Part shown: in pieces, positions 20,427-28,390 of the stretch
How positions within the stretch are numbered: the first letter of the stretch is position 1
How the letters are laid out: each line of letters opens with the position of its first letter
From: an uncultured Solirubrobacteraceae bacterium
GTDB lineage: Bacteria > Actinomycetota > Thermoleophilia > Solirubrobacterales > Solirubrobacteraceae
NCBI GenBank assembly: GCA_963841055.1
Contig: CAWJAV010000002.1
Coordinates: 45,045-109,044 of the forward strand
Direction: 5' to 3'
DNA length: 64,000 bases
The notes under the pieces: generated by a model
Databases searched by the model: none
Seen by the model: only the letters and a program-made list of their open reading frames with translations
What the model was told of the DNA's origin: nothing
Program-made: the position numbers and the translations under genes

Positions 20427-20828
20427 CTACTCCTCCAGCCCCGCGGCTTTGAGCGCTTCGGCCTGATCGACAAACCCTTCCAGCCGGGTTGCCTTCCCTT
20501 CGTGGAATGTCCACAGCTGCGCCCAGCGCGCCTGCACATCTACGCTGCTGCCCTTACCTCGGCCGCGCGCGGTCAGCAACACCAGGACACGTCCTCCCTG
20601 AACCGCGATGAACTCGTCGGCTTCCCATCTGGCGTCGTCCCACGCCGCCAGATAGTTCCGCATGCCAGCAGCGAGTTCGGAGAGACCGCTGGCCGTCCTC
20701 TTGGCATCGGGCATCGGCCTGGCCCACAGCACCTCAACGTCGGGATGGAAGATCTCCGGCGTCCAGAAGTCGCCAACGGCCCACCGCGCGTAGACGGACT
20801 GCAACGCCTCGACGTTCTCCTGCGACAT
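20427..20828 (-). CDS. SnoaL-like / NTF2-family protein (cassette C)
   Basis: MSQENVEAL...RGRGKGSSVDV...WTFHEGKATR...AEALKAAGLEE. Confidence 0.88.
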   Translation of the reverse strand: MSQENVEALQSVYARWAVGDFWTPEIFHPDVEVLWARPMPDAKRTASGLSELAAGMRNYLAAWDDARWEADEFIAVQGGRVLVLLTARGRGKGSSVDVQARWAQLWTFHEGKATRLEGFVDQAEALKAAGLEE

Positions 20829-20831
20829 CGT

Positions 20832-20846
20832 CTACTCCTCAAGCCC
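20832..20846 (-). pseudogene. Orphan 3' end of a SnoaL cassette (GLEE-stop)
   Basis: Minus strand GGG CTT GAG GAG TAG acg ATG matches the 3' end of cassette C (GGG CTG GAG GAG TAG gcg GTG) but has no gene body upstream. Confidence 0.6.
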
Positions 20847-20920
20847 GGAGGCTACCGAGGACTAGACAACTGTGGCGCGCGGTGCCATTCAGTCGCCGCG
20901 CGCCAAACCCAGCGCCGCGG

Positions 20921-21211
20921 TCAGGAAGCGATACCGGCTGGCTTGATGCGATCTGCCGGACGCTGGGCGCTCTTGCGCTCGGCTCCGGTCCGGGAGAGGA
21001 TCGCGACGGCCAGGACGGCTACGGCGATAACCGCGAGGAGAATCACGAGGCCAGCCGAGCCCCCGGAGCCGGTTGCGGCTCGGTGGTGAAGGCCATTTGG
21101 CGCGGAGAACCCGCCGGCAAGCGCCGTCGCCGGCAGGACGAGGACGGACACGGCCGCTCCGGTGAGAATGGGAGCCGCACGACTACGCATGATGTTCCAG
21201 AAAAGGCTCAT
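20921..21211 (-). CDS. Small membrane-anchored exported protein
   Basis: Signal peptide ending ALA, about 20 aa Gly-rich segment, TM helix, basic tail; RBS AAGAAGGGGG. Confidence 0.6.
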   Translation of the reverse strand: MSLFWNIMRSRAAPILTGAAVSVLVLPATALAGGFSAPNGLHHRAATGSGGSAGLVILLAVIAVAVLAVAILSRTGAERKSAQRPADRIKPAGIAS

Positions 21212-21300
21212 TCGTCTACCCCCTTCTTGGTGTGGTCAAGTCGCGATCGAGCATTGCACCCACGCAGCCCCGCATGTGTGTCATGCCGCACGGTCGTATC

Positions 21301-21328
21301 GCGGACCAGCTCCACGTTCTCCTGCCAT
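21301..21328 (-). pseudogene. Orphan 5' end of a SnoaL cassette (M-QENVELVR, 2-nt deletion)
   Basis: Minus strand TAG gcg ATG G CAG GAG AAC GTG GAG CTG GTC CGC, then unrelated sequence. Confidence 0.7.
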
Positions 21329-21331
21329 CGC

Positions 21332-21595
21332 CTACCCCGTGAGGCCGAGGTCGGCGAGGGCGCGGTCGCGGTCGGAGTACAGGCTCAGCCGGGAGATCCT
21401 GCCTTCGCGGACATGGAGGAGGTTCGCAAACTCCGTCTCTACGCTCACACCGCTGGTCTTTCCGCGTCCCGTCACACGGCCGAGAACGAGCACACGCTCA
21501 GCGTCGAGCTCGAGAAACTTTTCACCCGTCGCCTCGTAACCGGCCCATGCCGCGAGCGCGTAGATCGAGCGCACAAGGTCCAGGTTCTCCGACAC
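21332..21595 (-). CDS. SnoaL-like protein, internally shortened (cassette B)
   Basis: MSENLDLVRSIY joined directly to LAAWAGYE...GRGKTSGV...VREGRISR...RALADLGL; 87 aa versus 131-133 aa for cassettes C and D. Confidence 0.75.
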   Translation of the reverse strand: MSENLDLVRSIYALAAWAGYEATGEKFLELDAERVLVLGRVTGRGKTSGVSVETEFANLLHVREGRISRLSLYSDRDRALADLGLTG

Positions 21596-21598
21596 CGC

Positions 21599-22009
21599 CT
21601 ACTCCCGTTCCTCGGCGAGGCGTTCGGCGGTAGCGCGGGCCTCGTCGACCTCGGAGGTCCTAAGGCGAGTGATCGAGCCTCCTGCACAAAGGTAGACCCA
21701 TCCCTCGCGTTGTCGAATGCGACCGTCGCTACCAACCAGACGCCCGTCCTGGGTCACGACCGCAAACACAACTCCACCGCCGAGGTGACTGACCTCCTCA
21801 AGCTCGTAGTCCAATTCGTCGTAGGCCTTGAACCATTCGTCAAGAAAGCCACGGATCGCGGCTCGGCCCTCGACGAGGTCGGCCCGGCCGTCCAAGACCG
21901 CATCCTCGGCCACGCTGCTCATCACCCCGTCGAGATCACCGCGATTCAGAGCCTCAAACTGCTTGCGCACAAGGTCGACCAGGTCGGGGGTCGTGGGCTC
22001 CTCAGACCT
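21599..22009 (-). CDS. SnoaL-like protein (cassette A); expected start codon reads AGG
   Basis: (AGG)-SEEPTTPDLVDLVRKQFEALNRGDLDGVMS...EGRAAIRGF...ARATAERLAEERE; GATACT box 9 nt upstream of the AGG; alternative GTG at 21970. Confidence 0.8.
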   Translation of the reverse strand, partial: RSEEPTTPDLVDLVRKQFEALNRGDLDGVMSSVAEDAVLDGRADLVEGRAAIRGFLDEWFKAYDELDYELEEVSHLGGGVVFAVVTQDGRLVGSDGRIRQREGWVYLCAGGSITRLRTSEVDEARATAERLAEERE

Positions 22010-22241
22010 CGCTCGGCCAGTATCGCGCAGGCAAGCCGGCGTGGGTCACGCGTCCCGCGGCCGACACGAACAGTAAATGACCCACCGGGACCACGCCCAA
22101 GCAGGCGCTCCATCCCGGTTCCCCATCGGGGCGCCCGATGGGCCATGCACACGACGGTAGGTGGTTCCCAGCCGGGCGCCATCCGTAGTCTCAGGCAGAC
22201 GTCTCACAAACGCCTGGATCGACGCTGTAACAATGGCGAGG

Positions 22242-22460
22242 ATGACGACGTCGAGCCGGGGTAACCCGGCCGCTGCAGCGATGGCTGTGCTGGCAATGCT
22301 CGGGACAGGCATCTTCGGGGCCTCGCCTGCTTCTGCCGCTGCCTCCTGTCACGGCGGCCGCGCGACCGCTTCGGTCGTGGGTTGGCCCACGAGCAGGGTG
22401 CCGTGGCGTGCTGAGCTGCTCGGACCGACGGGCGTCTACCTGCGCGCATTTCGGGGGTAG
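22242..22460 (+). pseudogene. Short or truncated secreted-protein ORF
   Basis: Signal-peptide-like N-terminus (AMAVLAMLGTGIFGASPASA) then an early stop; no clear continuation. Confidence 0.35.
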
Positions 22461-22827
22461 GTCGGTCTGCGCCGCGACTGCGCACGGTCGCTGGGGTCAC
22501 CGGCGAGGGAGCCCGCGTCGAAGCCGAGCGCCGAGAGCGGGCGTCCTCGATCACGCCGATCGAATCAGACCCGGGCGAACCCGCGATGAAGAGCGGTCCC
22601 CGCCTGAAGGCGCTGTTCGCGGCTCGGGAACGTGTCGGGCCGCCGCTCGGCGAGCCTCCGGCCGGCTCCGACCCGGCCGATCCCTCTCCGCCGGCCCCCG
22701 GATCGGCGCGCATTTGGTACGGTCGGCCCGTCCTGACTCATGTGCTCAGGGAGGAGCTCTCGCGGGGCCCGGGGTCGGGCGAGGTGCCGGGGAGGGCCCG
22801 GCACGCAAACGGAGAGAGGGGATGGAG

Positions 22828-23685
22828 ATGGGAGCGAAACGTCTATGGCTCGTGCTGACGGGCCTGGTAGTCGCGGCGCTGTGCGCCCTGCCGGCGGTAG
22901 CCGGCGCGGTCAACTACGTGTCGATCGGCGACTCGTACACGTCCGGGCCGGGCATCGAACCGTACAGCCCGACCGCGCCGCCCGGCTGCGGGCAGTCGCA
23001 GCTGAACTACCCGCACCTCGTCGCGAGCGCCCTGAAACTGTCGCTGACGGACGTCAGCTGTGGCGGGGCGACGACCTCGGATGAGACGGAATCGCAGTTC
23101 GAAGGCCAGCCGCCGCAGGACGACGCGCTGAGCGCGTCGACCGAAGTCGTGACGCTCGGCATGGGCGGCAACGACAACGGCCTGTTCGGCACGCTGCTGA
23201 ACGGCTGCACGCAGATCGACGTGATCGAAGGCTCTACGGCGAAGGCGCCCTGCAAGGAAAAATATGAAACGTACGTGCAGGAAACCTTCGCGGCTGACAA
23301 AGGCCCGCAGGAAGCCGCGCTCGTGCACATCAAAGAACTGGCACCGAACGCCAAGGTGTTCGTGGTCGGCTACCCGGAAATCACGCCGAACCACGGCCAC
23401 TGCGCCGCGTTCCCGTGGCACGAAGCGGACCTGAAATGGTTCCGTGACAAGGTCCAGAAGGTGGGGAACAAGTCGATCAAGGCCGGCGCGAAAGCAAACG
23501 GCGCGATCTTCGTCGACACGTTCAAGCCGAGCCTGGGTCACAACGCCTGCGAACCGGTCGGCACGCGCTGGATCGAACCGCTGCTGGGTTCGCTGACCGG
23601 GATCCCGGTGCACCCGAACGCGATCGGTGAGGAACAGGACGCGTTCGATGTCGAGTTCGCGATGTTGAAAGCTGGCGTCCGCTAG
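22828..23685 (+). CDS. Secreted SGNH/GDSL hydrolase (Streptomyces lipase-like)
   Basis: Signal peptide, YVSIGDSYTSG, VSCGGAT, GGND, VVGYP, VHPNAIG. Confidence 0.92.
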   Translation: MGAKRLWLVLTGLVVAALCALPAVAGAVNYVSIGDSYTSGPGIEPYSPTAPPGCGQSQLNYPHLVASALKLSLTDVSCGGATTSDETESQFEGQPPQDDALSASTEVVTLGMGGNDNGLFGTLLNGCTQIDVIEGSTAKAPCKEKYETYVQETFAADKGPQEAALVHIKELAPNAKVFVVGYPEITPNHGHCAAFPWHEADLKWFRDKVQKVGNKSIKAGAKANGAIFVDTFKPSLGHNACEPVGTRWIEPLLGSLTGIPVHPNAIGEEQDAFDVEFAMLKAGVR

Positions 23686-23824
23686 GCCGCTCGACCGCTG
23701 GATCCGCCGCCCGCCCGCTCCGTGCTGCAGGAAGCCCGGGGCGGGCGCCGGCGCGCGGGCTGCATGTGGCGCGCGCCGTCGCCGGCGGCTGGCATGCTGG
23801 GACGGCGATGCGCAGGAACAGGAC

Positions 23825-24388
23825 ATGCCCGGGCTCGCCCTGATCGCCGCCGCCGCGATCTCGATCGGCGCCGCCGCGGCTCGCACGGCTCCATCGGGGC
23901 TCGTCTACTCGACGGCGAGCGCCAAGGTCGTCCAGCGCCAGCCCGCCGCCGGCAGCTGCCACCCGCTGGGGAGCGGGCTGAACCAGCGCCCCGACCGCCG
24001 CTGCACGCCCGGCGCGGTGAACCCGGCCGTCACCCAGGCGACGATCGCCGCGACGATCTGCAAGTCCGGCTGGACCTCCACGGTGCGGCCGACCGAGTCC
24101 ATCACCGAGCCGGAGAAGCTCGCGAGCCTCCGTGCCTACGGCGAGGGGCCGGCCTCGCGCTACGAGTACGACCACTTCGTGCCCCTCGAGCTGGGCGGCG
24201 CCGTCAACGACGCGCGCAACCTCTGGCCGGAGCCGGACTATCCCGAAGCGCGAGGCTTCTACCTGAACCCCAAGGACCGCATCGAGACGACACTCAAGCG
24301 GCTGGTCTGCGACGGGCGCATCAGCCTCGCGACGGCGCAGCGCGAAATCGCCGCCAACTGGGTCGCCGCGATGGCCCGCTACGGCTGA
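23825..24388 (+). CDS. Secreted HNH-like endonuclease domain protein
   Basis: Signal peptide; TPGAVNPAVTQ..TIC, YEYDHFVPLELGGA..NLWPEP, KDRIE..L..LVC. Confidence 0.8.
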   Translation: MPGLALIAAAAISIGAAAARTAPSGLVYSTASAKVVQRQPAAGSCHPLGSGLNQRPDRRCTPGAVNPAVTQATIAATICKSGWTSTVRPTESITEPEKLASLRAYGEGPASRYEYDHFVPLELGGAVNDARNLWPEPDYPEARGFYLNPKDRIETTLKRLVCDGRISLATAQREIAANWVAAMARYG

Positions 24389-24431
24389 CGGCGCCGCGCG
24401 AGGCGGCCCGGCCTTCCGCCGCCGGGCGAGC

Positions 24432-24716
24432 TCAGGCCGGTCCGGTCGCCAGCTCGTAGTCGTCGAGCGCGTCCTGGCTCGAGATCAGGGCGCCGCTGTA
24501 GGTCATCGACCAGCCGGCCCGGGGCCGGCGGGCGAGCTCCGAATCGCTCGCCCAGGTCTCCCACCGCCACAGGCACATCCAGCGTTCGACCACGCGCCCG
24601 GGGCCGCCCGTCCCGCGCGGGGTCTCGAGCAGACGCGCCCTGCGGCGGATCCGCGGGTGCAGGGCCATCGATGAGGGAGTCGAGAGGTTCATGCGGCTAT
24701 CAGCAGCTTCGAGCAC
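24432..24716 (-). CDS. Small hypothetical protein
   Basis: Trp-rich ORF filling the gap between neighbouring genes; start uncertain (24668 or 24692 are possible). Confidence 0.4.
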   Translation of the reverse strand: MLEAADSRMNLSTPSSMALHPRIRRRARLLETPRGTGGPGRVVERWMCLWRWETWASDSELARRPRAGWSMTYSGALISSQDALDDYELATGPA

Positions 24717-24888
24717 CTTTCCCCGGGAAGGTTGAAGTCACACGCTTGGAGCTCTGTGCGAATCGCCTGAGTGCGCCGATCCGCCGCCCGGCGGGGGTCC
24801 GTGCGTCCGCACAGGATGCACCATCGGCCGGGCGGGCGTTTGCCGATGGACAACTGCGGTTAGGATTGTCAACTCGCTGCACATCCAG

Positions 24889-25560
24889 ATGAAACCGCCG
24901 ATCCCACGTCCCCGCAGGTCCGCCGTGCCGCTCGCCCTCGCGGCCGTGGCCGGCGGCGCCGTGCCGGCCTCCACGGGCGCCGACCAGGGGCACCAGGGCT
25001 GCATCGCCCCCGACGTCGCGGGGGTGAGCCTGGCGATGGCGCGCAAGGCGCTGAGCTCCTCGGGCTGCGAAGTGCAGATCCGCCAGCTCCCGGCCCATGG
25101 CGAATTCGTGACGCCGTCGAACCCGGATGGACGCCAGATCGTGGCCTCCCAGAGCCCGCGAGCCGGCGGCCGCACGGGCGGCGTGACGGTCTCGCTGAAG
25201 CCGCTCTGCGCCCGGCCCTCCCAGCCCGGGCCAGACACGCGGGGCCCGACGAGCAGCAAGGGTCCGACCGAGCTCGTCGCCGGCCTGTTCCTGGCCGGTG
25301 GGCCCGTTGTGACCTCGCCCCGCTGCCGTCGCGGGACTCCCTCCGGGGGCGTGCTCACGGTGACCTCGGCCGACGGGCAGCCCGTCGCCCGCCGCGCCGT
25401 GCGCTCGGGGCGCTTCGGCGTGTTCCCGCTCAAGCCCGGTAACTACATGCTGGCCGGAACCGTCTCCGGGCCCGCGGGGAGCAGGCGCACCGCTACCCAG
25501 CCCGTGACGATCGCCGCCCACCGCACCACGCGGCTGAACGTAGTCGCCGACGTTCCCTGA
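24889..25560 (+). CDS. Secreted protein, PASTA-like domain plus beta-sandwich (carboxypeptidase regulatory-like) domain
   Basis: Signal peptide; CIAPDVAGVSLAMARKALSSSGC...VASQSPRAG; GRFGVFPLKPGNYML. Confidence 0.65.
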   Translation: MKPPIPRPRRSAVPLALAAVAGGAVPASTGADQGHQGCIAPDVAGVSLAMARKALSSSGCEVQIRQLPAHGEFVTPSNPDGRQIVASQSPRAGGRTGGVTVSLKPLCARPSQPGPDTRGPTSSKGPTELVAGLFLAGGPVVTSPRCRRGTPSGGVLTVTSADGQPVARRAVRSGRFGVFPLKPGNYMLAGTVSGPAGSRRTATQPVTIAAHRTTRLNVVADVP

Positions 25561-25566
25561 CCCGCC

Positions 25567-26178
25567 TCAGCGTCTGCGGGCGCGGGGCCGGGAATGGTGC
25601 GGCGGGCCGCTGTAGAGCCTGAACCCGTAGCGCAGCCAGTAGCGTTCGCACAGCGGCGCGCGGGCCAGGTCGGGTCGTTCGTACTCGATCGTGCCCGGAG
25701 CGGCGCCGACGTCGGAATAGCCCTCGAAGTGGCCGTACTCGTGCAGCATCTCCTTGCAGAAGGCGGGGAAGTCGGAGTCCTCGGCCCGGATCGAGAACCA
25801 GATCCCGCGATTGATGTGCACGAGGCATTCGCCGAAGCTCCCCGCGGGCTCGCTGAACAGGTTCGGACCGGCGGGGGTGGACCAGGTCGCCCACATCGCC
25901 GCCACGCGGCCCGGTGCCCCCGGAGCGTTCTCACCGGCCGTCGGTGCTTCCGAGTTGCCGCCGAGGGTGATGCTGACGGTGCCTCCGCAGGGGGTGCCGC
26001 CCCAGAACTCCACGGCGCGCGCCACGGCTTCGGCGAGGGGGTCGGAGTAGACCGGCCGAGCGCCGCGGTGGCGTGCGGCGGCGTCTGCCGCCGAGGGGCC
26101 GGCCGCGACAGCGGCCACCGTCAGCGCCGCCGTCAGGAGCGTCGAGAGCAACGTTCGCGGACCGCCGGGGCGAACCAT
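25567..26178 (-). CDS. Secreted zincin-like metalloprotease
   Basis: Signal peptide from ATG 26178 (TAGCTT 7 nt upstream); FCKEMLHEYGHFEG HExxH motif. Confidence 0.75.
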   Translation of the reverse strand: MVRPGGPRTLLSTLLTAALTVAAVAAGPSAADAAARHRGARPVYSDPLAEAVARAVEFWGGTPCGGTVSITLGGNSEAPTAGENAPGAPGRVAAMWATWSTPAGPNLFSEPAGSFGECLVHINRGIWFSIRAEDSDFPAFCKEMLHEYGHFEGYSDVGAAPGTIEYERPDLARAPLCERYWLRYGFRLYSGPPHHSRPRARRR

Positions 26179-26289
26179 CGGCCGCAAGCTAGCAGCCGCC
26201 GCTCCGGGGGCGATTCGCTGCCTCCGGGACGCCGGGATAACGGGCTTGTGTCTCGGCGTCAGCGCCCTGTGAGCCTTGCGGCCGTGCGC

Positions 26290-26361
26290 ATGAGCGCCGA
26301 GACAGCCCTCCTCCTTGCGGTGCTGCTCCTTGGGGACCTCCATCCCCGCCGGGGAGTGTAG
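26290..26361 (+). CDS. Candidate 23-aa Leu-rich micropeptide (MSAETALLLAVLLLGDLHPRRGV) within a long hairpin
   Basis: ATG..TAG ORF with 7 Leu; TGTCTCGGCG (26249-58) is the perfect complement of CGCCGAGACA (26295-304). Confidence 0.3.
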   Translation: MSAETALLLAVLLLGDLHPRRGV

Positions 26362-26420
26362 CCACGGGTCGGACGGACCCGTCACTTCAACGCCGCGGGG
26401 CGCCGTGTCATATTGAGCGC

Positions 26421-26735
26421 ATGCCCGGCTGCACTCACCTCGACACGATCACTGTCACCGAACTGCCGGCCGCCGTGGACGGATGCGAGGACTGCCTGCG
26501 CGAAGGCGGTGTGTGGCTGCACCTGCGGATCTGCCTGGAGTGCGGGCATGTCGGCTGCTGTGACGACTCGCCGAACAAACACGCCAGCAGGCACGCCCGC
26601 GGCGAGGACCACCCGCTGATCCGCTCGCTCGAGCCGGGGGAGACCTGGTCCTGGTGCTTCGTGGACGAACTCGGCATGGTGATCCCGCAGATCACCGGCA
26701 GCACCCGCATACCCCCCTCGCCGATGCTGAGCTGA
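26421..26735 (+). CDS. UBP-type zinc finger protein
   Basis: CTHL..GCEDC..WLHLRICLECGHVGCCDDSPNKHASRH..HPLIRSLEPGETWSWC. Confidence 0.93.
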   Translation: MPGCTHLDTITVTELPAAVDGCEDCLREGGVWLHLRICLECGHVGCCDDSPNKHASRHARGEDHPLIRSLEPGETWSWCFVDELGMVIPQITGSTRIPPSPMLS

Positions 26736-26737
26736 GC

Positions 26738-28390
26738 GTGCCCGAACGGCAACCCGCGATCCTGGCGGTCGACGACGAGCCGGCCGTCCTCGCAGCCGTG
26801 GCACGCGATCTGCGGCGGCACTTCGGCGAGCGCTACCGCGTGCTGCGGTCGGGATCCGGCGCCGAGGCACTGGAGCTGCTCGGCGAAATGCGCACTCGCG
26901 GCGACGACGTCGCGATGCTCGTCGCCGACCAGCGCATGCCCGGCATGGACGGCACCAACTACCTCTTGAAGGCGCGGGGCATCTACCCCGAGGCCAAGCG
27001 GGTCCTGCTGACCGCCTACGCCGACACCGATGCGGCGATCGCCGCGATCAACGAGGTCTCCCTCGACTACTACCTGCTGAAGCCGTGGGATCCGCCGGAG
27101 GAGCAGCTCTACCCGGTCGTCGAGGACCTGCTCACGACCTGGGAGGCGGGCGCCGCGCTGAACGCCGGCGGCGTGCGTGTGATCGGTCACCGCTTCTCCC
27201 GCGACACCCACGAACTGCGCGACTTCCTCGCCCGCAACCGGGTGCCCGCGCGCTGGCTGGACGTCGAGCGGGACTCCGAGGCGCGAGAGCTGCTCGCCGT
27301 CGCGGGAGTCGACGAGGAGCGACTGCCGGTGGCGCTGCTCGAGGACGGCACCGTGCTCGAGCAGCCGACGGTGCTCGAGCTGGCCGAGCGGATCGGCGTC
27401 GCCGGCCAGCCCGCCTCCGACCACTACGACCTCGTGATCGTGGGCGGCGGGCCGGCTGGGCTCGCGGCCGCAGTGTACGGCGCGTCGGAGGGGCTTCGCA
27501 CCGTGCTGGTCGAGCGCGAGGCGCCCGGCGGGCAGGCGGGGCAGTCGAGCCGCATCGAGAACTACCTCGGCTTCCCGGCCGGGCTGTCCGGCTCGGATCT
27601 GGCGCGGCGGGCGACCGACCAGGCCCGGCGCCTCGGGGCCGAGCTGCTGAGCGTCAACGATGCCGTCTCCCTGCGCGTCGAGGGGGCCGGGCGCTTCGTC
27701 GAGCTGACCGGCGGCGCCCAGCTCAGCGCCAACTGCGTGCTCGTCGCCTCCGGCGTTTCCTACCGGATGATGCCCGCCCCGGGCTTCGCCGAGCTGACCG
27801 GCGCCGGCGTGTACTACGGCGCGGCGCTGACCGAGGCGCGCTCCTGCGCGGACCAGCACGTCGTGGTGATCGGCGGCGCCAACTCCGCGGGCCAGGCGGC
27901 CGTCTACTTCAGCGGCTACGCCCGGCGCGTGTCGATGCTCGTGCGCGGCGACTCGCTCGCCAAGTCGATGTCCCACTACCTGATCGAGCAGATCGCGGCC
28001 CTGGAGAACGTCGAGGTCCGCACGGGCACCCAGGCGACCGCCGCACACGGCGAGAACGGGCGCCTGAAGAGCCTGGAGATCCGCGACGCCGCGGGCAACC
28101 TCTCCACCGAGGAGGTCGATGCCTGCTTCATCTTCATCGGCGCCGCACCCCGCACCGACTGGCTCGACGGGGTCCTCGCCCGCGACGGCGCGGGCTTCGT
28201 CCTCGCCGGGAACGATGTTCGCGAGCATGGCTGGCCCCTGCCCCGTGAGCCCTACCCGCTGGAGACGAGCGTCCCCGGCGTGTTCGTCGCCGGTGACGTG
28301 CGCTCTCGCTCGATCAAGCGTGTCGCCAGCGCCGTCGGCGAGGGTTCGATGGCGGTGTCGCTGATCCACGAATACCTGGCCAGCGCATGA
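26738..28390 (+). CDS. Response-regulator receiver fused to thioredoxin-reductase-like flavoprotein
   Basis: ILAVDDE..DQRMPGMDG..LLTAY..KPW receiver, glutaredoxin-like linker, IVGGGPAG, VIGGANSAGQ, GVFVAGDV; CxxC replaced by YYGAALTEA. Confidence 0.92.
   Translation: MPERQPAILAVDDEPAVLAAVARDLRRHFGERYRVLRSGSGAEALELLGEMRTRGDDVAMLVADQRMPGMDGTNYLLKARGIYPEAKRVLLTAYADTDAAIAAINEVSLDYYLLKPWDPPEEQLYPVVEDLLTTWEAGAALNAGGVRVIGHRFSRDTHELRDFLARNRVPARWLDVERDSEARELLAVAGVDEERLPVALLEDGTVLEQPTVLELAERIGVAGQPASDHYDLVIVGGGPAGLAAAVYGASEGLRTVLVEREAPGGQAGQSSRIENYLGFPAGLSGSDLARRATDQARRLGAELLSVNDAVSLRVEGAGRFVELTGGAQLSANCVLVASGVSYRMMPAPGFAELTGAGVYYGAALTEARSCADQHVVVIGGANSAGQAAVYFSGYARRVSMLVRGDSLAKSMSHYLIEQIAALENVEVRTGTQATAAHGENGRLKSLEIRDAAGNLSTEEVDACFIFIGAAPRTDWLDGVLARDGAGFVLAGNDVREHGWPLPREPYPLETSVPGVFVAGDVRSRSIKRVASAVGEGSMAVSLIHEYLASA

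Noticed and set aside
20025-21613. SnoaL junction repeats as a CRISPR array or attC sites
   Set aside because: The spacers are whole genes of 260-500 nt, the repeats are degenerate and coding, and there is no cas gene, no intI and no attC-like palindrome.
20010-22264. Plus-strand ORFs with a repeated LDVLLRHRLL motif as a repeat protein
   Set aside because: The motif is simply the reverse complement of the SnoaL junction; the minus-strand genes have the recognisable fold.
22732-22750. CCTGA-N9-TCAGG inverted repeat upstream of the SGNH hydrolase
   Set aside because: The arms are only 5 bp and there is a single occurrence, which is too weak to call an operator.
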